A DNA stretch of 64,000 bases from the NCBI RefSeq assembly GCF_009914755.1, contig NC_060928.1, one strand, 5' to 3'. Made by a program: the position numbers and the translations under genes. Source of the stretch: the human T2T-CHM13v2.0 reference genome, Homo sapiens. Below are positions 26,906 to 39,964 of the stretch, in pieces (positions within the stretch are counted from its first letter, which is position 1; the number at the start of each line of letters is the position of its first letter). The notes under the pieces were generated by a model. That model saw only the letters and a list, made by a program, of their open reading frames with translations, searched no databases and was not told where the DNA came from.

Positions 26906-28079
26906 AGTATGATAATAATTTAATTTGATAAGGTATATTTCACTAGAAATTTCTTGAAGTAAACATTTCCTTAAAATAAAATTGATAATTACAATTGTAC
27001 TCTTATTTTAAAATTTTCACAGTGAACAACACTATTTGCCTTGAATAAACTGACAAATGTATTCCAAATAAAGTTCTTAATTACAATTGACGCTTTGGGG
27101 CTCACAGTGAGAGCAACAGCCATCTGCTTTAAAATGACACTAGCCATAAAAGAGCTCAGTGAAAGAAACTATAAGTTGGTTGCCAATCTGCTTTAATTCC
27201 ATTTTAGGTTTAAGAAAATGAGAACTTAAGGCTATACTAGGCCATCTTTCAGTGGAAATACTATAGTACTGATGTATGTCTTTTAATATGTCATAATGCC
27301 TCAATTGTTAAAAAAATTATATGTGGATATCATCTACTATATAAAAATAAAATATTCCTTCTTTCAAAAACCTTTCTATTGCTTTTCATATTTGGAATAT
27401 TGAAATTTGGAAAGTAAATGAAATTTGAGTATGTTATCTGGGACTTTGAAGTTTAACAAAAAGAAGTGTTTAAATTATGACAATTCTGCTTGGAGGCTTC
27501 TATTGTTATCTTTTTCTGGCTTGATAATCAGAGTACGGAACTCATCATCTTTAGCGGATTTCTTTGAGAGAAATACTGTATAATATTTTGAAGCTAATCT
27601 ATAGATCCTGAGGGTTTTCTTTAAATAACATGATAGCAAAATCCAAATGCTACTATAGTTACACTATGTATAACAACCAGGCTTATCACAAGGGTACTCT
27701 GGAGAGCATTACCTTGGGACTGGGTAGAGAAATCACTTTTACCACTTGACAATGAGTAAAATAGCTGTGGCTATTAGGCAGGTGTGGAAGACTTTATTAC
27801 TTGTTCACTCAAGTATGTTGTTAAGAGCTTCTAAAGCATAAGAATGCAATTAGTTATAAACAAAATATAATGACTATGTTGTAGAGTAAGTTGGATGACT
27901 ATAACATAAGAAAGATTTTTGTTTGTGTTAAGAGATTGTTTTCAATTTGGAAAACAACCTTGTTATTGGATAAAACAAATGAAAATAAATAGGAATAAAT
28001 AGAGGTTCATAGATCAGAAGGCGTATTTGTTTATTTTCCTCCAAACACACAAATACCAATTATTCTAGCTCATATAAGA

Positions 28080-28548
28080 GGTGGCTCTTTTAATATCTTG
28101 GATCTCAAATATTGTTAAACATTGTAAAAACTTTTGGAATTTTTTATAGATACAGATTTCAGAACCCCACTGTCAGAGATTCCTATTCAGTAGGTCTTAA
28201 CTAGAGTAATCTGACTCCTGTAAGAGCAGCATAGCAATTTGATAATTAACCTGCCAGAGATTTAAATGCAGGTTATTTCAAAAGTAAACAAAGGATACAG
28301 AAAACAAGTCTGATTAATTCCAAAAATATCTCAAGAAAAGAAGCCAATACAAGTGTTAGTAAATGTTTCTTATTGAGAACATGTGTACTATGGAATCTTG
28401 CTACTCAAAGTGGCATTGGGTCAGAAAACCAGTAACATCTGCTGACCAGCAAGAATGTTGGAAATGCAAAGTTTTAAGCCCCACAGAATCAAAATCTGCA
28501 TTTTAATCAGACCCCCAGGGTACACATTACATTTTTTAAAGAAACACT
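28080..28548. mobile_element. Two MER5-like hAT/Charlie DNA transposon relics
   Basis: cagatttcagaaccccact..cagagattcctattcagtaggtct and aatcaaaatctgcattttaatcagacccccagg motifs. Confidence 0.6.
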
Positions 28549-29904
28549 GAAATAAAAGCAACAGAAGAGTTACATTTGCTCTATTCATTTTGCTTTTGAT
28601 CTGGAAAATATGTTGTCCTATAAGGTTATTTCTACAGAGAAATAATCTCTATCATTATATATGTGTCAGCTGGGTTTTTGTTTGCTCGTTCGTTTGACAG
28701 AAACATATTTGAGTACTGAAACTTTATTTAGTGTGTGCTAATGTGAGTAGATCAGAAAATATTTAATTGTATCACATTTATCTTCAAGTAAAGAAATAAA
28801 ATATGCCTTTCAATAATAGAACAGTCTATCAAAATACATAAGACCTGGGGAAAAACAACTAAACTACTGCTGTCTTCATATTATCTTTTCATTTCACAAC
28901 TCACTGAACTATAGGGTGAAAATCCACTGATTTTAAATTTATCAGATTTCAATTAGAGCTCATGTAGCATTTATGTTTAGATCAGAAAGGTGCTAGACTA
29001 ACTCCTTTTAGGAAGCAAAGGCCTAGAAATAGTAATTGGTTACTCTTGGATTTTTTAGGCTATTAGCCATATATTCCACTCACGTAAAGATTAACTTCCT
29101 AGAAAATTCTATCTATGACAAAATGCCATTAACTCCTGATCGTCATAAACACATTAAATAACAACCATTGATGCTGCCTTGACAGCTCTGAAGAATTTGT
29201 ATGCAGTTTTAATGATGGAGAACCTCACTCATCATAATTTTTGAGTGTCGAATTGATTCTTGGAAGAGAAGCTGATAATTTGATTGTTCTGTAATGTGCT
29301 AGCACATAATTTCAGAAAGAGAAATCACTTTATGAAAAAACTAATTACATGCAAATGAGTCTCTTCACAAGCTGTTAATAAAATTAGAAATACTTTTTAA
29401 AAATGAAGAAAAATTGCTATAAAGTAAAATGCCTTGAAGAGGTAGATGATTAAAGAATGCTATAGGGATACTGCCCCGGGAAGTGCATGAAGGCATCCAT
29501 GTCAACGAGAAGAAACATGTTGTTTCATTCTTCACTATATCCTCTTGTCCTTTATTTAACCTTGTAAAACCTAAATGATAATATGAATTATGAAATTCCC
29601 AATTATTATTGGAATTAAAGTATTATTTATGGGAAACATATCACATAAGTTTCTTCAAATAGATAAATACTTCATGTCTTACAAGAAATCAGTGATAGGT
29701 GCATATCCGTTTTACAATTCATGTTTTTATCTTTTAAAAAAGAATGATTATAAAAATAACCCAATATATTCTAGTAATTCCTTTAGAGAAGTAAATAAGT
29801 TTTACCATGACATGATTTAACTCTAGTAAAACAATTAACTTAATTATCATTGCTCCTCTTTCTTTTTCACTGTCCAACTTACTATATACTTATTTTGACC
29901 AAAG

Positions 29905-30735
29905 GAATTGAACTGGACTGGATGTACCACAGCTTGTTTACCCATTCACTTACTGAATGGTTGCTCCCAAGTTTTGGCAATTATGAGTAAAGCTATATAC
30001 ATCTGTATGCATGTTTTTATGTGTACATAATTTTCAACTTCCTTGGATAAACACCAAGGAGCATGATTGATGAATTATACAGTAAAGTTAGATTCTATGT
30101 CCTTCACAGAAACTAACTCAAAATATATCATGTATCTACATGTAAAATGCAAAACTATAAAACTGCTAGAAGATGACATAAGAAAAAACCTAGATGACCT
30201 TGGGCATGGCTATGACATTTTGGCTACAACTCCACAGACATTGTTCATGAAGAAATTAATTGATAAGCTGGCCTTCACTAAAATTAAAATGTTTTTCTCT
30301 GAGAAAGACAAAGTTAAGGGAATGAGAAGACAAGGCACAGGTTGGGAGAAAATATTTGGAAAAGACACACCTGATGGAAGACTGTTCTCCAAAATGTGCA
30401 AAGTCTCTTAAAATTCAGCAGTAAGAAAATGAACAACCTAATTAAAAAGTAGGCAAAGTTCTTAACAGACATTTCACCAAAGAAGATATGCATATATCAA
30501 ATAAGCATATGAAACGATGTTCAACATCACATGTCATTAGGGATTTGCAAATGAGAACAACCATGATATACCACTGCACACATATTAGAATGGCTAAAAC
30601 CCGAAACACTGATACCACCTAATGCTGGCAAGGATATGAGGAACAGAAACTTTTATCTAGTGCTGATAGGAATGCAAAATGGTAAAGCCACTTTGGAAGA
30701 CAGTTTGGCAGTCTCTACAAAATTAAATATGCTTT
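29905..30735. mobile_element. Old L1M fragments: short antisense piece, then sense ORF2 3' part
   Basis: ORF 30067-30411 (VKCKTIKLLEDDIRKNLDDLGHG..WEKIF) is L1 ORF2-like; 29905-30075 is antisense L1. Confidence 0.8.
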
Positions 30736-30808
30736 TACATATGTTTTACCAGGGGATAAACTAAAAACAACTTGCTCAGCCAACTTGAACCAGTGCAAAT
30801 CCAGGTTA

Positions 30809-31573
<765 letters not shown>

Positions 31574-32319
31574 AAATCGAATGTCCTGGCTAAGCATCCT
31601 ATTTAGATTTGCTTATACAGCTAACTACCACTGTGCATAACTTCCAGAATGGGAAATTAGCCTGGCTAATTTAACCACCAGGATTCTAGTCTAATCCTGT
31701 TGATGTATTCCTGATAATTAACAATCTGTGAGCAGCTGCATTGTCCAATATCCAATATACAGCACAAGGAAAATGATCATTTGTACATTGTGGGTTTAGT
31801 GGACTAAATGAAAGAGGGTTTTCTTATTAATAGCTGCACTTTTCATAAATTTTATGAGTTAATAGGGTTCAATTAATGTTGCCAAGTGGTGTGCTTCATA
31901 CATATGTCTCTGGGGCTTTGCGAAGTTGAGAAGAATGTGTAATGAATGGTTGAGCAGTTATATTGGTACCCTAGTAATTAGACAACGGGTAATTAATGTG
32001 CATCTGTGTTAGGCTCCTGGGTACTGTCAACGACCCTGTAGCGTGCAAAAAATAGAAATTATGAGTTTGGCAAGGGAATACAGCTTTTCTCTTTTTCTTA
32101 AATTTTAGATCTACATCTGTGTTTAATTAGAAGAAGAAATGAATTCCCATTAACACCATTAGGAAACATGCTATGATTGGTTAAAGCCTACATGGACTGT
32201 GAAACTGATCAAGAAAGCCCAGGAGATCATAATGGATTTTTTTCATCTTAGAAGGCCTTTTATTAAAAAATAAGATATATATCCTGAATAGTCCCTAACT
32301 GGTAGTCTGCAGAATAGTT

Positions 32320-32322
<3 letters not shown>

Positions 32323-32360
<38 letters not shown>
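32323..32360. repeat. (CT)n microsatellite
   Basis: About 17 CT units. Confidence 0.97.
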
Positions 32361-32955
32361 GTCCCTTTTTAAAATTTGGCCACATTCTAAAACTATGTGT
32401 GATTTAAACAAAAATCTACTGAACAAATGCTACTCACCACACCCACAACTGAATTTTCTCTCTCAGTGAGTTGCAATAATATCACCTCTGTAATAGGCTT
32501 AATATGCAAAAATGTCACATATATTAATGACAGTGTAAAATCGTTTACTAAAAGATAATAGTCATGAATGTTATAGATAACTAGCTGTGCTGATGCTCTA
32601 GTTTCCAGAGAGAATCAAATTAAATTGCTTTTATCTCCTGAAGCAGAATAACATTTCATATTCCACATGACAATAAAATGTATCCTTAGGGCAAGTAGTA
32701 TGTCTGTACTTTTAAAATGAAATAGGCATGATTTAATTAGTATGCAAGAACATAGGCCTCAATTTTGAAAGAAAGATGACTCTCCTGAGTGTTCTTGTTC
32801 ACTGGCCCACTAAAATTCTGCTTTTGAAGGAGAGCTACTAAGTGGTTGTATTTGTAATTAAACATTGTCTTTACTTAAAGTTTTGGTAATATTCTGCCAA
32901 TTATTCCACTGAGATAGTAACTTGAAATGAAAATATTCACATTCATATAAAATTA

Positions 32956-33229
32956 CAGTAGTTTTCCCCTTAACCACAAGTTTGCTTTCCATGGTTTTAT
33001 ACATTCATGGTCAACTGTGGTCCAAGAATATTCAATGGAAGATTCTAGAACTAAATAGCTTATAAGTTTTAAATTGTGCACTGTTCTGAGTGGCATAGTA
33101 AAATCCCATGCTATCTGCTCTCTCCTACCTGGGACATGAATCATCCTTTGTCAATTGTGTCCCTGCTGTATATGCTATTCATCATTGGTCACTTAGTAGC
33201 TGTCTTACTTTTCTGATTAAAAAAAACAG

Positions 33230-33260
<31 letters not shown>

Positions 33261-33394
33261 ATCACACATATATATATTATATATGTGTAATATATATGAT
33301 ATATATATTAGTTTTCTGATAAAAACAGTATATATATGTGTGTGTATATATATCACATATATATGATATGTATATGTGTGTGATATATATATGT

Positions 33395-33445
<51 letters not shown>

Positions 33446-33528
33446 GTGATTCAGTACTATCCATATCCAATTTCAGATATCAACTAAGGTTTTGGAACAT
33501 TTCCTCCTTGAATAAAGTGGAATGACTG
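32956..33528. mobile_element. MER44-like (Tigger family) MITE with internal TA/TG expansion
   Basis: TA|CAGTAG...ACTG|TA termini with degenerate TIRs; ggtcaactgtggtccaagaata motif; TA-rich block at 33229-33443. Confidence 0.8.
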
Positions 33529-33846
33529 TATGCTACATATTTGCTATGCACTATTCGCTATAAAGTTGAAAATTTGGGGAAAACATTTAGTATTGTTCAC
33601 CAGTAAGCAAATTATATAAGCAAATGAATGGTAATTTCATCCATAGGAAAGTTCAATACTTGGATTTAGATGTCAGTTTTTTGAAAAAGCACACACAAAA
33701 ATTCATTTGCTATTTATTTGTGTGTACAATATAACCTCATTTTAATTAACATCTATTGCAAATTTGAACAATTTCTTCAAATATATTATAAAAGTAAAAC
33801 AATACATAATCAATTTTAGTACAAATTATTAACATCATTTAAAATT

Positions 33847-34376
33847 CAGTGGACCCTTGAACAATATGAGTATGAACTATACAGTTCCACTTAGATAGGG
33901 ATTTTCTTCTTCCTCTGCCACTCCTGAGAGAGCAAGATCAAGCCCTCTTTCTTCTCCTCAGCCTACTCAAAGTGAAGACAACAAGGATGAAGACATTTAC
34001 AATGATCCACTTTCACTTAATAAACAATAAATATACTTTCTCTTCCTTAGATTTTTTAAATTCACAGTTTCCTTTCTTAGCTTACATTATTTTAGGAATA
34101 CAGTATACAATACATATAACATACCAAGTATGTGTTAATTGGCAATGCATATTATTACTTAAGTTTCTGGTCAACAGTAGGCTATTAGCAGTTAAATTTT
34201 GGAGGTTAAATTTGAAATTTTTACTGCATGGCGGGTTGACACCCCAACCTCGGCATTGTTCAATGGTCAACATTATATGATCTCTAAATTCTGGGGGAGT
34301 CAAAAGTGATACTCAAACTTTTGACTGCATAGGGAGTTGGCATTGCTAACCCCTGCATTGTGCAAGGACCAACTAC
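33847..34376. mobile_element. Tigger2a/MER28-like DNA transposon with a duplicated right end
   Basis: TIR cagtggacccttgaacaa matches ttgttcaatggtcaac (~34271) and ttgtgcaaggaccaact (~34374). Confidence 0.8.
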
Positions 34377-34749
34377 ATGCGCTCTCCTCGATTTTCTTCT
34401 TCCTCTAAGATTAGATGATTCACTTAAGATTGGAAAGGGACTTCTTGAAAAACTGAAATAATGAAATGGCATTTGTATTTTATTTTTATTAATTCCCTAA
34501 GTATTGTATTTATGGAACTCTAAAGCCAATAGTTCCAAGATGAAACCTTACCTTCTTGGTTTACTAGCAAATTTATCAAGCCATTTAGCTTCCATTATTA
34601 TTATTTTCCTTCCTTAACCATAAAAAGTGAAAATAATATTTATATTACTAGCATTCTTAGAATATAAAATGAAAATAAATATGCATGATGATGATGATGA
34701 TAATGATTAAAGTGAAAGTAACTAATGTTTGTATAGGTAATTACTTGGT

Positions 34750-35270
34750 AGGTTTATCACAAGTGAAATAGATTAAAAATGGCCTTAAATTCTTGGCTAC
34801 TTTTTCTGCTGAGGGGTGAAGTCTAATTCACTTCTGCATGCTTGGGGACTAGACTTTGCAACCTGTCTGACCAATGAAATACAGCAAAAATGAGGCTACA
34901 GGTCTTTGGAAACTGGCTCATCAGAGCACTCGCAGCTTCTATCAGGCCTCTTGGAAGGACATTCACCCTCAAGATGCTCCCTCATGAAGTCCATCCTCCA
35001 TGTCCACATTATGTAAAGAAATCATACAGTCACTTCATTCAAAAGCCCCAACAGAACTACAAACAATAGTAAGCATCAACTGTCAGCCCTCTGTGTGGTC
35101 AATTTGGAAGACTAGCCCTAACAAGCCTTCAGATGGCTGCAGCCCTAGTTGACACAGGACTATATTCGCATGAGTGACCACCCAGTCATGCTTATTCAAT
35201 ATATAGGAGAGCAAGATACAGTACTGACTTGTTGTTGTAAGATTTATACAGCAATGGCTGTTTGGAACAA
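34750..35270 (+). mobile_element. Old MLT1 (F/G/H-like) MaLR LTR
   Basis: ggccttaaattcttggctac..tgaccaatgaaatacagcaaaaatga..agccttcagatggctgcagccc..cagcaatggctg..ggaaca. Confidence 0.65.
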
Positions 35271-37604
35271 CAAAAATACCATTAGGTAAGCATTTTAGTA
35301 TGCCATTTCATTTATTATGAAATAATGTAAACTTGACCCAAGTTAAAAAGTAAAAAGAATATAGCAATGAAAATACTTTTTATGTATCAGGCACTGTCCC
35401 ATGAACTATACATATCTTAATGACTTTAATCACTATGTGGTTAGTTTCTTTCTTAATATCATTGTTTACCTTATTTTCTAGCTAAGGAAATTAAGATTCA
35501 GAAAAGTTGGCCAAGAAATGATAGAATTGGAATGGTGATATGGGCAAATTGGTATAAAATGCTCCCTACACCACTGTATTACCTTCTAAATGGTTGCACT
35601 CATATTTGAATCTATGCGTACTTGATTTCAAAGCCCAACAAATGCTGGTTTATATCTTGGTTTTCTTATGCCTTATACACTTTCTAGGATTGTACTTCAA
35701 GTTAACTAACCTGGCTGAACCCTGTACAGGGATGACTTAATGGCACTGTATCCAGATCCCTATAACCAAAGCCCCATCTGGGTTATGTTTGTTTATCTCC
35801 ATGTTTCCTGCATTAGGCTGTGAGATCCACAAGCAAAGGGATCATCTCTCATTTGTTCACCTTTGAGTTTCCAAAGCCTAACAAACTGCCTGGTACAAAC
35901 AAAGCAGTCAATAAATTTTTTTAAATGATGGACTACAGGGGGTTCTTGGATATCTTAAAATATGCTGAACATATTAATATTGAGCTACCCTTGAAAGGCC
36001 AATTCTGCAACTAGATCAGCTTTCTTGACACTGCCCCCAGCTTCCTCATAAGCCTTAATATGTAATCCCTCTACCAGTCTTTATGATCAAGGATCCATTG
36101 TACATGGAGCTAAATAATCAAATTTGGCTTCAGAAAGAAAGCCTCAAGAAAGCATAACTGTAATATTATCCTAATAAAGCAATCAATTTTCTTAATAGTT
36201 ATATATAAATATTTTTTCCTTAAGATAATAATGTTTATGGGCATTAGGAGCAGTTTGAATCCCTTTCTGTCTTTGTACTGATAAAATAAATAACAAACCT
36301 CAATTGCCCCACAGACAGTTTGATGAGACTTGGCTTCATCAATTTACTTACAAGCACTATTGGCACTATGTCTTTCTAAAAATAAATTTGCTTATATGAA
36401 TTTTGTATTAAAAACAGGAAAAGGGGTTGCTTCACCTATACAGCAATTATCCTTTAACTTTACTCATTCCTTTCCATCTAAAATATCTAAAACTAAGTAC
36501 ATTGAAAGAGGTTAAATTATTAAACTACCCTCTCCAAACAAAACAGAGGTAAACGTTCTAAGCAAAGGAGAAGTTGTAGTATGGGTTTGAATTATTGAAG
36601 TTAGATCCCCAGCAGGTACTGACTGCCAGTGCATTTTTATTCTCTCTTGTTCCCATGGAAATCATAGTTTCCTTCTTGTCTCATTACACAAACCTAAAAA
36701 ATGCCCAGGAAAATTGTAATGAAATAATTTGATGCTCTATATCATGGAATATATAAGATAATAATGAAATTACTATTTCTACTTGGCACCAAAATAATCA
36801 ACTCTAAACTTTGAGGTAATGAGGGCCAGCATTATTATGAAATTTATATTTTTTCAGCTATACTTTTGGATGAGAAAAAACATTAAAAGCCCTTAATCTG
36901 CTTTGTTATTGCTAGGGCTAAATAAGTGAATTCAAGGGAAGCAAATTCCTTTGTGCAATGAATCAAGAAAATAAAATAGAGTGAAAATTTCTAAAAAAAA
37001 CTTTTAATTTTTTATGAAGATCCTTATTAACTTTTATTTCTATGTGGTTTTAAATACCTTGCTCAGAATGAATAAGAGCAAAAGTAATTCATGAAGTACA
37101 TCTTTACAGAAAAGTGTATCATAACTGGAAGTATATATAATTTTGTTAATATACTTGCATTTTCATTTTAGAATAACTTAATTATATTTCAAATGTTTGT
37201 CTGAAAATAGTTGCATGTCTCAGTAATATGTTTTAATACATTTTTAGTCATAAGAGCTTTTGTTTTAAAAATTTATAATAATATTAAAGTATGTTATTAG
37301 ATTTTATGTTCATTAAAGAGAGCACAGGTTTTAAACTATTGAGATAAACCAGCATGAAAAAATTAACCACAACAGAAATCCTATGCTGGCTTTTGCATTT
37401 TCATTTAGTACTTGGATATTTGGCCAGATATAATACAGTCAAGAGGAAGTGACACAAATATATCTGATAAAACGGTAGGTCAAGTAAGACTATCTATTGG
37501 ATTTTCCCAGATTTTTCAAGCAGGTCAAGTGTCTCTGAGGTACTTAGTTAGGAAAAAGAAATTCCAAATACACTAGGAGGCTCAAGACATTGATTTTCAC
37601 ATGT

Positions 37605-37965
37605 CGTATTAGTCAGATCTCATGCTGCTAATAAAGACATACCTGAGACTGGGTAATTTATAAAGAAAAAGAGGTTTAATGGACTCACAGTTCCAAATGG
37701 CTAGGGGGGCCTCACAATCATGGCAGAAGGCAAAAGGCATGTCTTATATGGCGGCAGGCAAGAGAGAATGGGAGCCAAGCAGAAAGGGAAACCCTTATAA
37801 AACCATCAGATCTTGTGAGACTTATTCACTACCACGACAACAGTATGGGGGAATCCACCCCCATGATTCAATTATCTCCTACCGTGTCTCTCCCACAACA
37901 TGAGGGAATTATGGGGGCTATAATTCAAGATGAGATTTGGGTGGGGACACAGGAAAACCATATCA
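37605..37965 (-). mobile_element. THE1 MaLR solo LTR
   Basis: catgctgctaataaagacatacctgagactggg...gggtggggacacaggaaaaccatatca; TSD catgt/tatgt. Confidence 0.93.
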
Positions 37966-38833
37966 TATGTCCTACTAAAATGCTGTGGTATCTGAAATTC
38001 TTTGTTATATATTCTGCTTCAGACAACTTTGGATATATTCCTTTTTTTTAACCACATTCTACTCTATTCACCTTCAACATAGAGATTACTTGTAGCACTG
38101 TTATTCTCAAAATAAGAGAGGAATCTTTATATTATTTTTGCACTATTTACATATCTTCATATTGTTCTGTTGAAGCTTTGAGCTATCTAGTCAGTGTCAG
38201 AGCATTATAAACCCAATTTAAAGAAATATCCTGTTACTAGAGAAATTCTCAAAATAATGTAAGCTCATTTATGTGGCGAAAGCAAAATGTAGCCATACCA
38301 GCCATGTTAAAAATCTAGTTCCTCTCCCATCTACTTCTGCTGACCACACAGATGTTCCAATGCCCTTCCTCCCAACTTCCTAAAATCCTACACCATGTAC
38401 ATACATCCTTTTAAGTCTTTTCCTCTTTCATCTTTACTGCCTGGTTTTATATCCCTCTCCCTCATGACCAGGTTCATCAGGGTAAAAAGAAGCAATCTGA
38501 CAGGGTGAGAAGGAGATGAAGAAACTGAACAAGCAAATTCAGAGTCCTAGTTACTGGAAAAGAAAAGGGGCAAGGCTGCATGCCCTCTCAAAAATCTTAG
38601 TGGCCCATGTATTTATCTCTTAGACGAGCAAGGAGTCTCCTTAAATTACTAGGGAGGTCTAATTAGGTAACTCAGATCTATTTTGGTTTATTTAGGTAAC
38701 TTAGAATCTGAAAAACACCCTAAGACTCAGAGGACTTGAATTATTTTGAAGAACAAAGGAACTTCTAAGGTGTTGTGAAGTTACTGGTCTTCTTTTCCCC
38801 AAATAATCTTCTGCCTATTAAAAATGGAAAACA

Positions 38834-39166
38834 GGCCAGGTGTGGTGGCTCGTGCCTATAATTCCAGATTTGGGGAGCCTGAGGTGTGAGGCTTGCTTGA
38901 TCTCAGGAGTGTGAGTCAGCCTGGGCAACGTAATGAGATCCTGTTGCTACAAATAATAATAATAATAGTAGTAGTAATAATAATAATAATAATAATAAGC
39001 TAGGGGTAGTGGCCTGCCCTTGTCCCAACTATTGGGAGGCTGAGGTGGAAGATCACTTGAGCCCAAGGGGTCAAGGCTGCATCTGGACACAGTCAAGCTA
39101 CTGCACTCCAGGCTGGGTGACAGAGTTAGACCCTGTCTCAAGGAAGAAAAAAAAAAAAAAAAAAAA
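38834..39166 (+). mobile_element. AluJ-like element with (TAA/TAG)n trinucleotide repeat in the middle linker
   Basis: Alu arms plus A tail; aat/agt triplet run at 38952-38998. Confidence 0.92.
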
Positions 39167-39964
39167 CCAGCAATGAGTGTTTATAGACAAGTTTCTCTAA
39201 TGTAACCTGATTAACTCCTGCCAGTTGATCTATTACACATATTTTTTAAATCATTAAAAAAATTCATCCAGGAATTTACCCAGATGTGAGATCTTTACAA
39301 ATGTTGCACTGGCTTGTCAATCATTTAAATGTTTTCCCCCAAGGAAATGAGCATATTTTTCATTTTTGCAATTATCAGTAACTAAAGATAACAATCACTG
39401 AATCAAGATAACACGTTATTTTTGTTATGTAAGTGGTAAAAACATAGCTAGGTACAGTTCTACTTGCTATTAGAAATACACACACACACACACACATACA
39501 CAGTTAGAACTGAACATTTCTCTTTTTCTTATCACTTCCCGAATGTTAGAGAGTAAAAATAAAACCTAACTTTTCAGTATGTTAAAATTCATAAATACAT
39601 TAAGCTAAAACTATATTTGATGTTAAATAACGGTAAATGTTATTTGTGTAACACCTGCCTGTCTCAAACATTTTATTAGGAGTTGTATGGATATTCACAC
39701 TTTGAGTTAGGAACATCATCTTTATTTCAGAGAAAAAAATTAGTGAGCTTCAGAAAGGTTAAATTTCTATGACTATACAAATCTTAAGAGTAGAATGAGA
39801 TAAACATTTAAACCTCTACTTTTCTTTAAATCACACATTTTGCAAAATACATAAGCAAAAGATTAAAAGATTTGTTTGAAGATCTAAAGCTTTTATAGAA
39901 ATAACCGAATGCAGGCATAAAATATTAAAATTATTTGAGGCAATCTGTTGGTAACATCATTTAC

